Below, piece after piece: positions 25,287-35,800 of a stretch of 64,000 bases of DNA (position 1 is the stretch's first letter; every line of letters begins with the position of its first letter). The notes beneath the pieces are model-generated. The model was not told the origin of the DNA, did no database searches, and saw only the letters and a program-made list of their open reading frames with translations. The DNA is from Spirochaetia bacterium (GTDB taxonomy: Bacteria > Spirochaetota > Spirochaetia > SZUA-6 > Bin103): positions 192,001 through 256,000 of the forward strand of contig OZ241907.1 of assembly GCA_965203515.1 (NCBI GenBank). Direction: 5' to 3'. A program made the position numbers and the translations under genes.

Positions 25287-26420
25287 ATGGCGAACGGCGG
25301 CGTCGCGGTACCGGTACGGTGGCTGCTTGCCCTGGTGCTTGCGCCGGCTCTTGGCGTCGGGACGGCCTGCGCGGCCGACCTGGAAGCCGTGTGGGACGCG
25401 CAGTTGCGCGGCCGCCTGCATCACGCGCAACTCCTGCTGGCAGGCGGCGAGCCGGCGACGCCGGAGCATCGACTCGCCCTGGCGAGCGTGGCGCTCGAGC
25501 TGGGTGAACTGGACCGCGCGCAGGCAGCCCTGGAGCCGCTTGCCGGCGACGCCGGGCACCCGGACTATCCCCGCGCGGCGCTGCTGCTCGGGCGCCTCCA
25601 CCTGGCCGCCGGCAGAGACGGTGATGCGCGGCAGGCGTTCACGGCTTCCCTGGAACGGTCGGCCGAAGGGCCGTACGCGGCCGCCGCCTACTTGGCGCTC
25701 ATCCGGCTCGACCTGCACGCGGGTGCGTTCGACGACGCCGATGAGCGGTTGCACCGCCTCGCCGAGCTGGGTCCCTCACCTGAGTTGGAGATCGCCGCGG
25801 GGCTCCTGAGCCCGCACGGCGTGGCCGGTCCGGTCCGGCCGTTTCCGTCGCCGATCGGCCTGTTCGCGGCCGCGCGGTTGTCGGGCGAAGCGGAACCGCC
25901 GCTCCCGTCGCCCCGGCAGGCCGGCGCCGGACCGCTGGAGCCGGGCGCCGCCCGGAGCGGACAGCCGACCGCATCCGGGCTGCAACCGATCGCGCCGGCC
26001 GGGAGCCCGCCGCCGGCGGCCGATGAATCGGCCGAGGAATCGTCCGCCGCGCCCGCCGCCGCCGCGCCGCAGGCGGCGCCGAACGCCGGACCGGCGACAC
26101 CTCCGCCGCCGGGACTCCGTGCGGCCGCCGTCGCCGTGGACGGTGCCGGCGTCGCTGGTGCCGGCGTCGCTGATGCCGGCGGCGGCGCGCGGTTCACCCT
26201 CCGGCTCGGCTCGTTTCGGGATCGGGTCAACGCCGAGCACATGATCAAGGCGCTCACGGATGGCGGCTTTCCGGCCCGCATGCGGCTGAACGGCGACTAC
26301 CATTGGGTGCTGGTCGGCGCGGCGGCCAGCCGTCAGGAGGCCGAGTCGCTGCTGAAGCGTCTGCAAGCGATCGGCTATGACGGCGACGTCATTCCGTATC
26401 CTGCGGACGCCGATCGATGA
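25287..26420 (+). CDS. Exported TPR + SPOR domain protein
   Basis: Signal peptide, TPR-like helices, Pro/Ala linker, SPOR FTLRLGSFRDRVNAE...HWVLVG...SRQEAE; SD GGAGG before ATG 25287. Confidence 0.85.
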   Translation: MANGGVAVPVRWLLALVLAPALGVGTACAADLEAVWDAQLRGRLHHAQLLLAGGEPATPEHRLALASVALELGELDRAQAALEPLAGDAGHPDYPRAALLLGRLHLAAGRDGDARQAFTASLERSAEGPYAAAAYLALIRLDLHAGAFDDADERLHRLAELGPSPELEIAAGLLSPHGVAGPVRPFPSPIGLFAAARLSGEAEPPLPSPRQAGAGPLEPGAARSGQPTASGLQPIAPAGSPPPAADESAEESSAAPAAAAPQAAPNAGPATPPPPGLRAAAVAVDGAGVAGAGVADAGGGARFTLRLGSFRDRVNAEHMIKALTDGGFPARMRLNGDYHWVLVGAAASRQEAESLLKRLQAIGYDGDVIPYPADADR

Positions 26421-27876
26421 TCGGCTGGTTCTGGTTCAGGAGCAGCACCGGCGCCGCGGCGGCGGCGACGGTCGAGCCGGCCTCGACGCGCGTCAGCCGC
26501 AGCGAGCGCTCGATCCGCTGCGATGACTCGATCTCGTCGTAATCGACCAGGTAGGTGAGATAGCCCCGGTGCTCGCCGCGCGGACCGACGAACTTCATGG
26601 AGAGTACGCGGCCGCGCAGCGCGAACCCACCGGCAAGGACGGCGTCCCCATCGGTCCACTCGAACCGGTCGTCCGCAAAGTCGATCGAGAGTCCGTCAGC
26701 CGATCGGTAGCGACCGCTCAGCACCGCGATCGCGTCCGGCTCCTCGTCTGCGGCCAGCAGCACGTCCTGCTCGCCCTGCGTCAGCCGCCGGTACGCAGCG
26801 CGGCTGCGGTCGTGCGGATCCGAGCCGCGAGCTTCGACCCGGATCTCCGCGGCCGATTGCGCTTCGATGCTGAAGGTCTTGCCGATCGCCTCGATCGTCA
26901 GGTTACGCGCCCACACGTCCAGGTGCGCGACGAGCGGACGGTGCGACACCACCCATTCGAACTGCTCCAGTATCTCGCCGTCGTAGACGGAGATCAGCCG
27001 CTCGTCGGCGGCGAAGACGAGCAGCTCGCGCCGGTTGCTGCCGTCGAGGGTGCTCGACGGGACGTCGCGATACCACGGTCCGGCCAGAAACGCCTCGTAC
27101 GGCTCGATGCCCGGGCTTGCGTACAGCTCGGCAAGCGGCGCTTCGGGATCGACGGGCGCGGTGATCGGATCCGTGCGGCGCCGCACGTACTCGCCGCGCT
27201 CGGCGTTCCACGCATAGGTGACCCGCAGCAGGTCCAGGCCGCTCTCCGACTCCGGGGCCTTCACGCGCGCGATGAGCGGCACGGCCGCCGCGGCGTCCGC
27301 GCGCGCTGCACCGCCGGCATCGCCGATCTCCAACGTGCCGTGAGCCACGATCCGGGCGATCGTCCGGTACGTCGCGGACGTCCCGCCTTCGGCCGGCGTC
27401 CGCCGGTAGGCGTCGAGCGTCTGCCGGTCGTCACCGGCCGTGCCGCGTACGACGATCTCCGGGCCCGGATCGCCCACCAGGTCGATGAGGGTGATCTGCA
27501 GGGTGTCCGGGTTGAGCGCCTGCGTGACCGCTTCCCAGATCATCTCCCAGCTCTCCCCGTCGTGCCGGTAGTCGATCACGCCCACGTGGATCGGGCTGCC
27601 GGTGGAGCCGGCGGCGCGGAAGGCCACGATCTGCTCCCGGTTGGGATCGTCGTCGAGCGATGCGGTGAGCAGCGCCAACCGCTCGAGTTCGGCCCCGAGC
27701 GGCACGCGTGACCGTGCCTCGCCGGCCTCCGCAGCGTCGGCCATGCCGTCCGCCGGGGCATCCGCGGCGACCGCCGGCAGCGCCGCGGCGTCCGGTGCTG
27801 ACCGCGCGGCGCCGCACGCGCTCAGCGCGGCGACCGCCGCCCCGATCAGCAGCGCCGCCAGCCATGATCGCGCCAT
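26389..27876 (-). CDS. Lipoprotein resembling the spirochaete pallilysin-related adhesin family
   Basis: Lipobox LSAC; Ca-binding-like LDDDPNREQIV and DLVGDPGPEIVV; family call from recollection. Confidence 0.5.
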   Translation of the reverse strand: MARSWLAALLIGAAVAALSACGAARSAPDAAALPAVAADAPADGMADAAEAGEARSRVPLGAELERLALLTASLDDDPNREQIVAFRAAGSTGSPIHVGVIDYRHDGESWEMIWEAVTQALNPDTLQITLIDLVGDPGPEIVVRGTAGDDRQTLDAYRRTPAEGGTSATYRTIARIVAHGTLEIGDAGGAARADAAAAVPLIARVKAPESESGLDLLRVTYAWNAERGEYVRRRTDPITAPVDPEAPLAELYASPGIEPYEAFLAGPWYRDVPSSTLDGSNRRELLVFAADERLISVYDGEILEQFEWVVSHRPLVAHLDVWARNLTIEAIGKTFSIEAQSAAEIRVEARGSDPHDRSRAAYRRLTQGEQDVLLAADEEPDAIAVLSGRYRSADGLSIDFADDRFEWTDGDAVLAGGFALRGRVLSMKFVGPRGEHRGYLTYLVDYDEIESSQRIERSLRLTRVEAGSTVAAAAAPVLLLNQNQPIIDRRPQDTE

Positions 27877-27940
27877 AGCGTGACCACCTTATCGGAACCG
27901 GCTTGCCCGAACAGGGCGCCGGACCGCTCGGTGCGTTTTG

Positions 27941-27999
27941 AAAGGGCTCATTTTGGGAAATGCGCCCTTTTGACAGGTCGGCGGAACGGCTTGCACAGT
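27941..27999 (+). promoter_or_regulatory. purB-guaA promoter (TTGACA 27970-75, CACAGT 27994-99) with upstream imperfect palindrome 27941-27970
   Basis: Consensus -35, 18-nt spacer; aaagggc-t-cattt tggg aaatg-c-gcccttt inverted repeat. Confidence 0.55.
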
Positions 28000-28004
28000 G
28001 AGGC

Positions 28005-29483
28005 ATGAGCGCCGAAAGCGGCGAGAGCAGGAGCCTCTTCCGCAACCTCTCGCCGCTCGATCACCGCTATTACCTGGAGAACCGGGAGCCGTTCGACCGG
28101 CTGGCCGATTTCCTCAGCGAGGAGGCGGCGGTGCGCTACTACGCGCGCGTGGAGGTCGCGCTGCTGCGCCAGCTCATGTGCATGCTTCCCGCCGCGATAC
28201 GGCCCGCGGCGCCGGACCGCGCGGCCTTGGAGCGGCGGCTCGACGCGGTCGTCGATGCGATCGATCCGGCCGAGGTCCACGCCGAGGAAGAGACCACCCG
28301 GCACAACCTGCGCGCGGTGGTGCGCGTGTTGCAGCGGCTCCTGCCGGAGTCGGCGCGCCATCTGGTTCATCTGGGCGCGACCTCGTTCGACATCCAGGAT
28401 ACCGCGACCGCGCTGCGCGTCGGCGGCGCCGTCCGCGCCGTCGTGCTGCCGCTGCTGCTCGATCTCGCCGATCGTCTGGCGGACATGGCGGAAGAGGAGT
28501 CGGCGACGCTGCAGATCGGGCGGACGCACGGCCAGCACGCGGTCCCGATCACCTTCGGGTTCGCGGTCGCCTCGTTCGTGGCGCGGCTCGACGACGTGCT
28601 GCCCCGCATCCTGCAGGCCGCCGACGGACTTCCCGGCAAGCTGTCCGGCGCCGTCGGCGCGTACCACGCCACCGCGCTGCTGGTCGGCGATCCGCTGGAG
28701 CTGGAGCGGCGCGTGTTGGCCGATCTCGGCCTGGCGCCGGCGGCGCACGCGACCCAGATCGTGCCGGCGGAGCCGCTCGTCCGCCTGCTCCTGGAGATCA
28801 ACCTGGCGTTCGGGACGATCGCCAACCTGGCCGACGATCTGCGCAACCTGCAGCGGACCGAGATCGCGGAGGTGGCCGAATCGTTCGAAGCGGCGCAGGT
28901 CGGCTCATCGACCATGCCGCAGAAGCGCAATCCCTGGAACAGCGAGCACGTCAAGAGCCTGTGGAAGGCGTTCTCCCCGCGGCTCGGCACCCTCTTCATG
29001 GATCAGATCTCCGAACACCAGCGTGACCTGACCAACTCCGCGTCGGCCCGTTTCGTCGGGGAGTATCTGGCCGGCGTCGCCGCCGCGGCGAACCGGATGC
29101 TGCGCGTCGTCCGGTCGCTGCACGTCGACCGGGCGCGCATGGCCGGCGCCGTGCGCGCGAGCGGCGACGCGGTAGCGGCGGAGGCGGCCTACGTCGCGTT
29201 GGCTCGCGCGGGCGTGGCCGACGCGCACGAGGTGATCCGGCAGGCGGCGGCTGCGGCGCGCGCCGGCGGGGAGCCGCTGGCCGCGGCGCTCCGGCGCGAC
29301 CCGGCGCGCTGGGCGCTGCTGGAGGGCGCCGCGGTCGCGCCCGACGGGGCCAGCGCAGCGGATCTGCTGCGCGATCCCGGCCGGTATCGCGGGCGGGCGG
29401 CGGAACGGGCGCGCGCGGTGGCGGCGCTGCACCGCGAGCGGTCGGCCGCCCTGCGGCGGGCGCTGGCGGACCGAACCGCCTGA
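28005..29483 (+). CDS. purB: Adenylosuccinate lyase
   Basis: SPLDHRY, HLGATSFDI, GRTHGQHAVP, GSSTMPQKRNP signature, EHQRDLTNSA. Confidence 0.93.
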   Translation: MSAESGESRSLFRNLSPLDHRYYLENREPFDRLADFLSEEAAVRYYARVEVALLRQLMCMLPAAIRPAAPDRAALERRLDAVVDAIDPAEVHAEEETTRHNLRAVVRVLQRLLPESARHLVHLGATSFDIQDTATALRVGGAVRAVVLPLLLDLADRLADMAEEESATLQIGRTHGQHAVPITFGFAVASFVARLDDVLPRILQAADGLPGKLSGAVGAYHATALLVGDPLELERRVLADLGLAPAAHATQIVPAEPLVRLLLEINLAFGTIANLADDLRNLQRTEIAEVAESFEAAQVGSSTMPQKRNPWNSEHVKSLWKAFSPRLGTLFMDQISEHQRDLTNSASARFVGEYLAGVAAAANRMLRVVRSLHVDRARMAGAVRASGDAVAAEAAYVALARAGVADAHEVIRQAAAAARAGGEPLAAALRRDPARWALLEGAAVAPDGASAADLLRDPGRYRGRAAERARAVAALHRERSAALRRALADRTA

Positions 29484-29489
29484 GTCGTC

Positions 29490-31034
29490 ATGGACACCAT
29501 TCTGGTGCTCGACTTCGGCGGACAGACCGCTCAGCTCATCTGCCGGCGCATTCGCGACGCCGGCGTGTTCAGCACCATCGTGCCCGGCGACGCGCCGCTC
29601 GACCGCAAGACGCTCCGCGACGTCAAGGGCATCGTGCTGTCCGGGTCGCCGCACTCGGTGTACGAGCCGTCGGCGCCGCGGCCGGACCGCGCGCTGCGCA
29701 CGGCGGGAGTACCGGTCCTGGGGATCTGCTACGGGCTGCAGCGGCTGGTCACCGATGCCGGCGGCCGGGTGGCGGCGGGGGAGACCCGCGAGTATGGGCG
29801 GTCGCGCATCCACATCCGCGCGCCGAGCCCGCTGTTCGACGGGGTGGCGGACGGCTTCGTATCGTGGATGAGCCACAGCGACGTGATCGAACGGCCGGCG
29901 GGACTCGCCACGGTGGCGGTATCGGAGCACGGCCATCCCGCCGCCATGCAGGACGGCGCGGGAACGTACGGCCTGCAGTTCCATCCGGAGGTCTCTCACT
30001 GCGAGTTCGGCGAGCGCATCCTGAGCAACTTCGCCGCCGGGGTGTGCGGGGCGCGGCGCGACTGGAACCTGGATCGATTCCTGGAGACGGTCGCCGCCCG
30101 CGTGCGGGGACAGGTCGGGGCCGCGCCGGTGGTGACGTTGATTTCCGGCGGAGTCGATTCGGCGGTGGTTGCGGCGCTGTTGCTGCGCGCGCTCGATCCC
30201 GGTCAGGTCTACCTGCTGTACGTCGACACCGGGCTGATGCGCGATGCGGAGACCGCAGAGGTGCTGGCCAGCCTGCGCTCGCTGGGCGCCGCCAACCTGC
30301 ACGCGGTCGATGCGTCGCCGCGCTTCTTCGCGGCGTTGGCCGGCGTCACCGATCCGGAGCGCAAGCGGTCGGTCGTGGGCGACGAGTTCGTCCGCGTGGC
30401 GGTCGATGAGATCGAACGGCTCGGCATCGCCGGCGCCTGCCTGGCGCAGGGAACGCTCTACACCGACCTGATCGAGTCGGGAAAGGGGGTGGGGGCGCGC
30501 GCCGACGTGATCAAGTCGCACCACAACGTACGCTCGCCCCTGATCGAGGCGAAGCGCGAATCCGGCGCGCTGGTGGAACCGCTGGCCGATCTGTACAAGG
30601 ACGAGGTGCGCCGGCTGGGCCGGCGGCTCGGCCTGCCGGCCCGCGTGGTCGACCGCCATCCGTTTCCCGGGCCGGGTCTGTCGGTGCGCGTCCTGGGCGA
30701 GGTGACCCGGGAGCGGTGCCGGACAGTACGCGCCGCCGACCGGATCCTGATCGAAGAGCTGCGCCGCCGCGGCCTCTACGACGCCATCTGGCAGGCGTTC
30801 TGCGTGCTGCTGCCGGTGCGGTCGGTGGGGGTCGCCGGCGACGTACGCCGTTACGGATCGGTGATCGTCATCCGCGCCATCACGTCGGAGGACGGCATGA
30901 CCGCCGACGTATTTCCGATGGCGTCGGACGATCTGTCGGCGATTTCGTCCCGCATTACCAACGCCGTCCCCGAGGTGGGACGGGTCGTGTACGACGTCTC
31001 CAGCAAGCCGCCGGCCACCATCGAGTGGGAATGA
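29490..31034 (+). CDS. guaA: GMP synthase (glutamine-hydrolysing)
   Basis: LDFGGQ, GICYG, QFHPEV, SGGVDS, QGTLYTDLIES, IKSHHNV, HPFPGPGL, KPPATIEWE. Confidence 0.98.
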   Translation: MDTILVLDFGGQTAQLICRRIRDAGVFSTIVPGDAPLDRKTLRDVKGIVLSGSPHSVYEPSAPRPDRALRTAGVPVLGICYGLQRLVTDAGGRVAAGETREYGRSRIHIRAPSPLFDGVADGFVSWMSHSDVIERPAGLATVAVSEHGHPAAMQDGAGTYGLQFHPEVSHCEFGERILSNFAAGVCGARRDWNLDRFLETVAARVRGQVGAAPVVTLISGGVDSAVVAALLLRALDPGQVYLLYVDTGLMRDAETAEVLASLRSLGAANLHAVDASPRFFAALAGVTDPERKRSVVGDEFVRVAVDEIERLGIAGACLAQGTLYTDLIESGKGVGARADVIKSHHNVRSPLIEAKRESGALVEPLADLYKDEVRRLGRRLGLPARVVDRHPFPGPGLSVRVLGEVTRERCRTVRAADRILIEELRRRGLYDAIWQAFCVLLPVRSVGVAGDVRRYGSVIVIRAITSEDGMTADVFPMASDDLSAISSRITNAVPEVGRVVYDVSSKPPATIEWE

Positions 31035-31669
31035 CCCTGTACCTGTTGGCGGTGACGCCGCTCACCTTCTATGCGGCGTGCGCGCTGCTCCGTGATCGGT
31101 CGCCGGTCGTGCCGTTCGATCTGTGGCGGCGGTTCGCGCTCGGCGGGCTGCTGGCGCTCCCCGGTTACCTGGCGGTCGGTGTGGTGGGCGACTGGTTCGG
31201 TTCCTCCTATCGGCCCGCGGCGCTGTTCGTCCGGCTGACGACGATCCGTCATCTGGCGCCGGCCGTCACCGCCGCGGCCGCGGCGCTCGCGGTCGGGCTG
31301 TTGACGGCCCGCGGCGCGAGGCGCGCCGGCGAGGCGCCGGCGGGCCCGCTTGCCGCGCTTGCCGCCATGACCGGGTTCACCTCGATCTTCGCCGCCGCCG
31401 CGCTGGCGGCCGACGGGATGCCCCCGAACGGCATGCAGCTCCTGATCGTGCCGACGCTGCGCGCCGCGACGCTCGTCGTCCTGGTCCTCGCCTGGACGCG
31501 CCGCCGACGCCCGCTTGCGGCGGCGGCGATCGCCGCGTCCGCCGTGCTGTTGCCGGGGGCGGCTTCTTTCCTGCACGCGGTCGGCATGCACGCGCCGGTC
31601 GGGGTGCTCACCGGCGCGGCGGCCGCCGCCGGGGCCGCCGCGCTGCTGACCATGCGCGGCAGCGCGTGA
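31031..31669 (+). CDS. Hypothetical membrane protein
   Basis: ATGA overlap with guaA stop; several hydrophobic segments. Confidence 0.6.
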   Translation: MTLYLLAVTPLTFYAACALLRDRSPVVPFDLWRRFALGGLLALPGYLAVGVVGDWFGSSYRPAALFVRLTTIRHLAPAVTAAAAALAVGLLTARGARRAGEAPAGPLAALAAMTGFTSIFAAAALAADGMPPNGMQLLIVPTLRAATLVVLVLAWTRRRRPLAAAAIAASAVLLPGAASFLHAVGMHAPVGVLTGAAAAAGAAALLTMRGSA

Positions 31670-32646
31670 GGGGGCATCGCGCCTGCGCCGCCGCCGCGGC
31701 GCTCACGGCCGCGACGGCGGCCCTGACCGGCTGCGCCCGTGCCGCGACCGATCTGGTCTTCCTGGAACCGCCGCTCTGGGCCGCGCTCGACGGCGGCTCG
31801 CTCGCCGACCGGCTGGCGCCGGTGGGGCGGCAGACAGGCCGGCGCTTCGAGGTGCGCCGCGCGCGGTCCGACCGGGCGCCGGTGCGGGAGCTGGAGGAGC
31901 TGCTGGACGAGCGCCCCTATCGGGGCGTGGTGGTCGGCCCGCTGCTGGCGCTGGAGGTCGACCGGATTGCGCCGGCGTTTCCCGGGGTGGAGTTCGTGGC
32001 GTTTCGGCTGGAGGATGCCGGCGCGGAAGCGGCCGCCGGCGCGGCGGGCGGCGCGCCGCCGGCGAACGTCACCGAGCTGCGCTTCGCGCGCGGCGACGGT
32101 CACCGGCGCGCCGGCCGGTTGCTGGCGGTGATCGAGCCGGACGGCGCGATCGGGATCGTCAGCGTCCGGGGGCGCGACGAGAGCGCGATCGCCGCGTTTC
32201 GGGAAGGCTACGCCGACGGCGGCGGGCGCGCCTCGATCGACCACCGCCGGCTGCAATCCACGCGCGACCGGGGCGAGCTACGCCGGCTGCTGGAAGACCT
32301 GGGCGGCAGGGGCATCACCACGGTGTTGCTGCGCGCCGGCCGGCTCACCGCAGACGGGCTGCAGGTCATGCGCGGCGAAGGCATGCGGGCCATCGTCGCG
32401 AACTGGGGGCTTGCCGGGGGCCAGGAGCGCAGGCCGCTGGCCGACGTCGTGCTGTGCTCGATCGACGATGACCTGGCCGGAGCGCTGCTCGCGCTCTTTC
32501 GCGCGCGGGCCGAGGGGACGACGGACGGGGGAACGGCCGGCGACACCGGCGAGCCGGCGCGGGGCGCCACGATGCTGCGCTGGGGCGGCGCTGCGCCGCT
32601 GCCGGATGGCGTTGCCGGATACGTTGACCGGCCGGCCGGGTCCTGA
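31666..32646 (+). CDS. Hypothetical lipoprotein, possibly periplasmic-binding-protein-like
   Basis: GTGA overlap with upstream gene; lipobox LTGC; alpha/beta pattern (AFREGY) loosely like BMP-family binding proteins. Confidence 0.5.
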   Translation: MRGHRACAAAAALTAATAALTGCARAATDLVFLEPPLWAALDGGSLADRLAPVGRQTGRRFEVRRARSDRAPVRELEELLDERPYRGVVVGPLLALEVDRIAPAFPGVEFVAFRLEDAGAEAAAGAAGGAPPANVTELRFARGDGHRRAGRLLAVIEPDGAIGIVSVRGRDESAIAAFREGYADGGGRASIDHRRLQSTRDRGELRRLLEDLGGRGITTVLLRAGRLTADGLQVMRGEGMRAIVANWGLAGGQERRPLADVVLCSIDDDLAGALLALFRARAEGTTDGGTAGDTGEPARGATMLRWGGAAPLPDGVAGYVDRPAGS

Positions 32647-32663
32647 TAGCTTGGGCGGTGCGG

Positions 32664-32735
32664 TTCCCGGTTGTGTAATTGGTAGCACCCAAGATTCTGG
32701 CTCTTGTTGTGGGGGTTCGAGTCCTCCCCGGGAAG
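32664..32735 (+). tRNA. tRNA-Gln (anticodon CTG), CCA not encoded
   Basis: Acceptor ttcccgg/ccgggaa; D-loop taattggta; anticodon arm caaga-ttCTGgc-tcttg; T-loop ggttcgagtcc. Confidence 0.95.
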
Positions 32736-32814
32736 TAGTCTGCCGCAGGCGCTCGGCGTCAGCGTCCGGCCGCCTGCGGCGCACCCGTTCCGCTTCCGCC
32801 ATACTGTTGTCGGC

Positions 32815-35800
32815 ATGAAGCTGGTCGCCGACCTCCACCTGCACTCCCACTACTCGCGCGCCACCAGCAGGGACCTGACGCTTCAGCACCTGTGGAAGTG
32901 GGCGCAGCTCAAGGGAGTGCAGGTAGTCGCTACCGGCGACGTCGCCCACCCCGGCTGGCTTGCCGAGGTCCGGGAGAAGCTCGAACCGGCCGAAGAGGGG
33001 CTGTTCCGGCTGCGGCCGGAGTTCACGGAGGCTATGGCGGCGGAGGTGCCCGCGTCCTGCCGCGGAACCGTCCGCTTCCTGATCGGCGGCGAGATCAGCA
33101 ACATCTACAAGAAGCGCGATCGCACCCGCAAGGTGCACAACATCGTCTTCTCCCCCTCGTTCGAGACGACCGCCAACCTCCAGGCGGAACTCGAGAAGAT
33201 CGGCAACATCCGTTCGGACGGACGGCCGATCCTGGGCCTCGACAGCCGCGACCTGCTGGAGATCGTGCTGCAGGCGGATGACCGCTGCCATCTGATCCCG
33301 GCCCACATCTGGACGCCGTGGTTCTCCATCCTGGGCTCCCGGTCCGGCTTCGATTCTGTGGAGGAGTGCTTCGCCGACCTGACGCCCCATATCTTTGCGG
33401 TGGAGACCGGCCTCTCCTCCGATCCGCCGATGAACTGGCGGGTCTCCTGGCTGGACCGCTACACGCTGATCTCCAGCTCGGACGCCCACTCGCCGCCCAA
33501 GCTGGCGCGGGAGGCGACCGCGTTCGACACCGAGCTGAGCTATGACGCGCTGTTCGACGCACTCGCCGGCAGCGGCGCCGACGGGTATCGCGGCACGATC
33601 GAGTTCTTCCCGGAGGAAGGCAAGTACCACCTGGACGGCCATCGCAAGTGCGGAGTCTGCTGGGAACCGGAAACCACGATCGCCCACGGGGGACGCTGCT
33701 CGGCCTGCGGCAAGGCGGTGACGGTCGGCGTCTCCCATCGGACGGAGGAGTTGGCCGACCGCCCGCGCGGCGCGCGTCCGGCTTCGGCCGGCCCCTTCGC
33801 GCGGCTCATTCCCCTGCCGGAAGCGCTCGCCGAGATGATGGGCGCCGGCCCCAACTCCAAACGCGTGCAGGCGGAGTACTTCCGGCTCCTGCAGCGGCTC
33901 GGGCCGGAGCTGACGATCCTCCGGGACCTCCCGCTGGAGGAGATCGCCGCGGCCGGAGATGCGTTGCTGGCGGAGGGCATCCGGCGGATGCGCGCCGGCG
34001 AGGTGCGGACCCGGGGCGGTTATGACGGCGAGTACGGCGTCATCCATCTGTTCGACGGAGAGGCTGACCGGGCGTCCGTATTCCAGCTCGGCATGTTCGC
34101 CCCCGAAACGCCGGCGGCTCCCGAAACGCCGGCCGCCGCCGGACCGCATACGGCCGCCGGCGCGACCCGACGGGACCGCCCGGTGCCCGACGGCGTCACG
34201 CAACGGCCCCCGTTCGAAGCGCGCCGCAGCGGCCCTGCCCGCGCCGGACCGCCGCCGCGGACGGATGAATCGATCGCCGGCCTCAACCCCTCGCAGCGGG
34301 CGGCCGTGATCGATACCGACGGCCCGCTGGCGATCGTCGCCGGACCCGGCACCGGCAAGACGCGCACGCTCACCGCCCGTATCGCGTATCTGGTCGAGCG
34401 TCTGCGCGTGCCGCCCGCATCGGTGCTGGCGCTCACCTTCACCAACGCAGCGGCCCGCGAAATGCGCGAACGGCTGGCCCGGATGCTCGGCGACGACCGG
34501 ACGGACCGGATCGCCGTCGGCACCTTCCATCAGCTCGGCGCCGCGGTGCTCCGGGAGTTCGGCGTGGCGGCCGGCATCGGCGACTCGTTCGCGATCGCCG
34601 ACGAACAGGACCGGCGGGAGCTGCTGAAGCGGAGCGTCCCCGGCATGTCCGCCGCGGACCTCCGTCGGTGCCTGGAGGCGATCTCGATCGGCAAGAACCT
34701 GTTGGCCGAGGAGCCGGCGGGCGTGCGGGCCGCCGGCGCTGGCGCGGTGCGCGGACCGGACTTGGCCGAGATACGGGACCGGTATCACGCCGCGCTCGTG
34801 GCGGCCGGCGCGCTCGACTTCGATGATCTGATCTATCGCACGGTGCGACTGCTGGAGACCGATCCCGCCGTCCTGCAGACCCTGCAGGGGCGGTTCCGCT
34901 GGATCTCGGTCGACGAGTATCAGGACGTGAATCCCGCCCAGCACCGCCTGCTGCGGCTGCTGGCTTCGGGCGGCGCGAATCTGTGCGTCATCGGCGATCC
35001 GAACCAGGCGATCTACGGCTTTCGCGGCGCGGACCACCGCTACTTCCTGTCGTTCGCAGGCGACTTTCCGGGCGCCCGACAACTCCGCCTGGACCGCAAC
35101 TATCGCTCTCCGCAGGCGATCCTGGACGCCGCCGCGCAGGTGATCGCACGCGGCCCCGAGCACGGCGATGCATCGCTGATCGCCGATCTCGCCGAGCAGG
35201 TGAAGGTCGACGTGCATCGCGCCTCCACGGAACGGGCGGAGGCCGAGTTCGTGGTCCATCAGGTGGAGCGGATGGTGGGCGGCACCAGCTATTTCTCGCT
35301 CGACTCCGGCCGCGTGGATGACGGCGACGTGGATGTCGGCAACGCGGCGGCGCACTTGGCGTTCGGGGACTTCGCCGTGCTGTATCGGCTCAACGTCCAG
35401 GCCGGGCCGCTGGAGGAGGCGTTCGATCGTTCCGGCATCCCGTACCAGACCACGGGAGGGGCCGCCGCGGCGGAACAGCGGCCGATGCGGGCGATCCTCT
35501 CCCTGCTGTGGCTGACGCTGGCGCCCGACAGCGCCCTGCATCGCCGGCGGGTCGTCCCGGACGGCGCCGGCGCACGGGGCGAAGCGGCGGCGATGGAGCT
35601 TGCGTCGCGGCTCTCGCCGCCGGCCGGAGCGGTTCCGGCCGGTACGGTAGTACCGGTCGCGGAGCGCGTCCGGGCCGCGGCCGCAGGTTGGGCCGAGCTG
35701 CGCGGCACGGATTACGACGCTGCCGAACAGGAACGGATCGCCCGCCTGCAGCGCGCCGCCGGTCCCTTCGGCTGCCGCCTGCGGGACTTCCTGACCGCGA

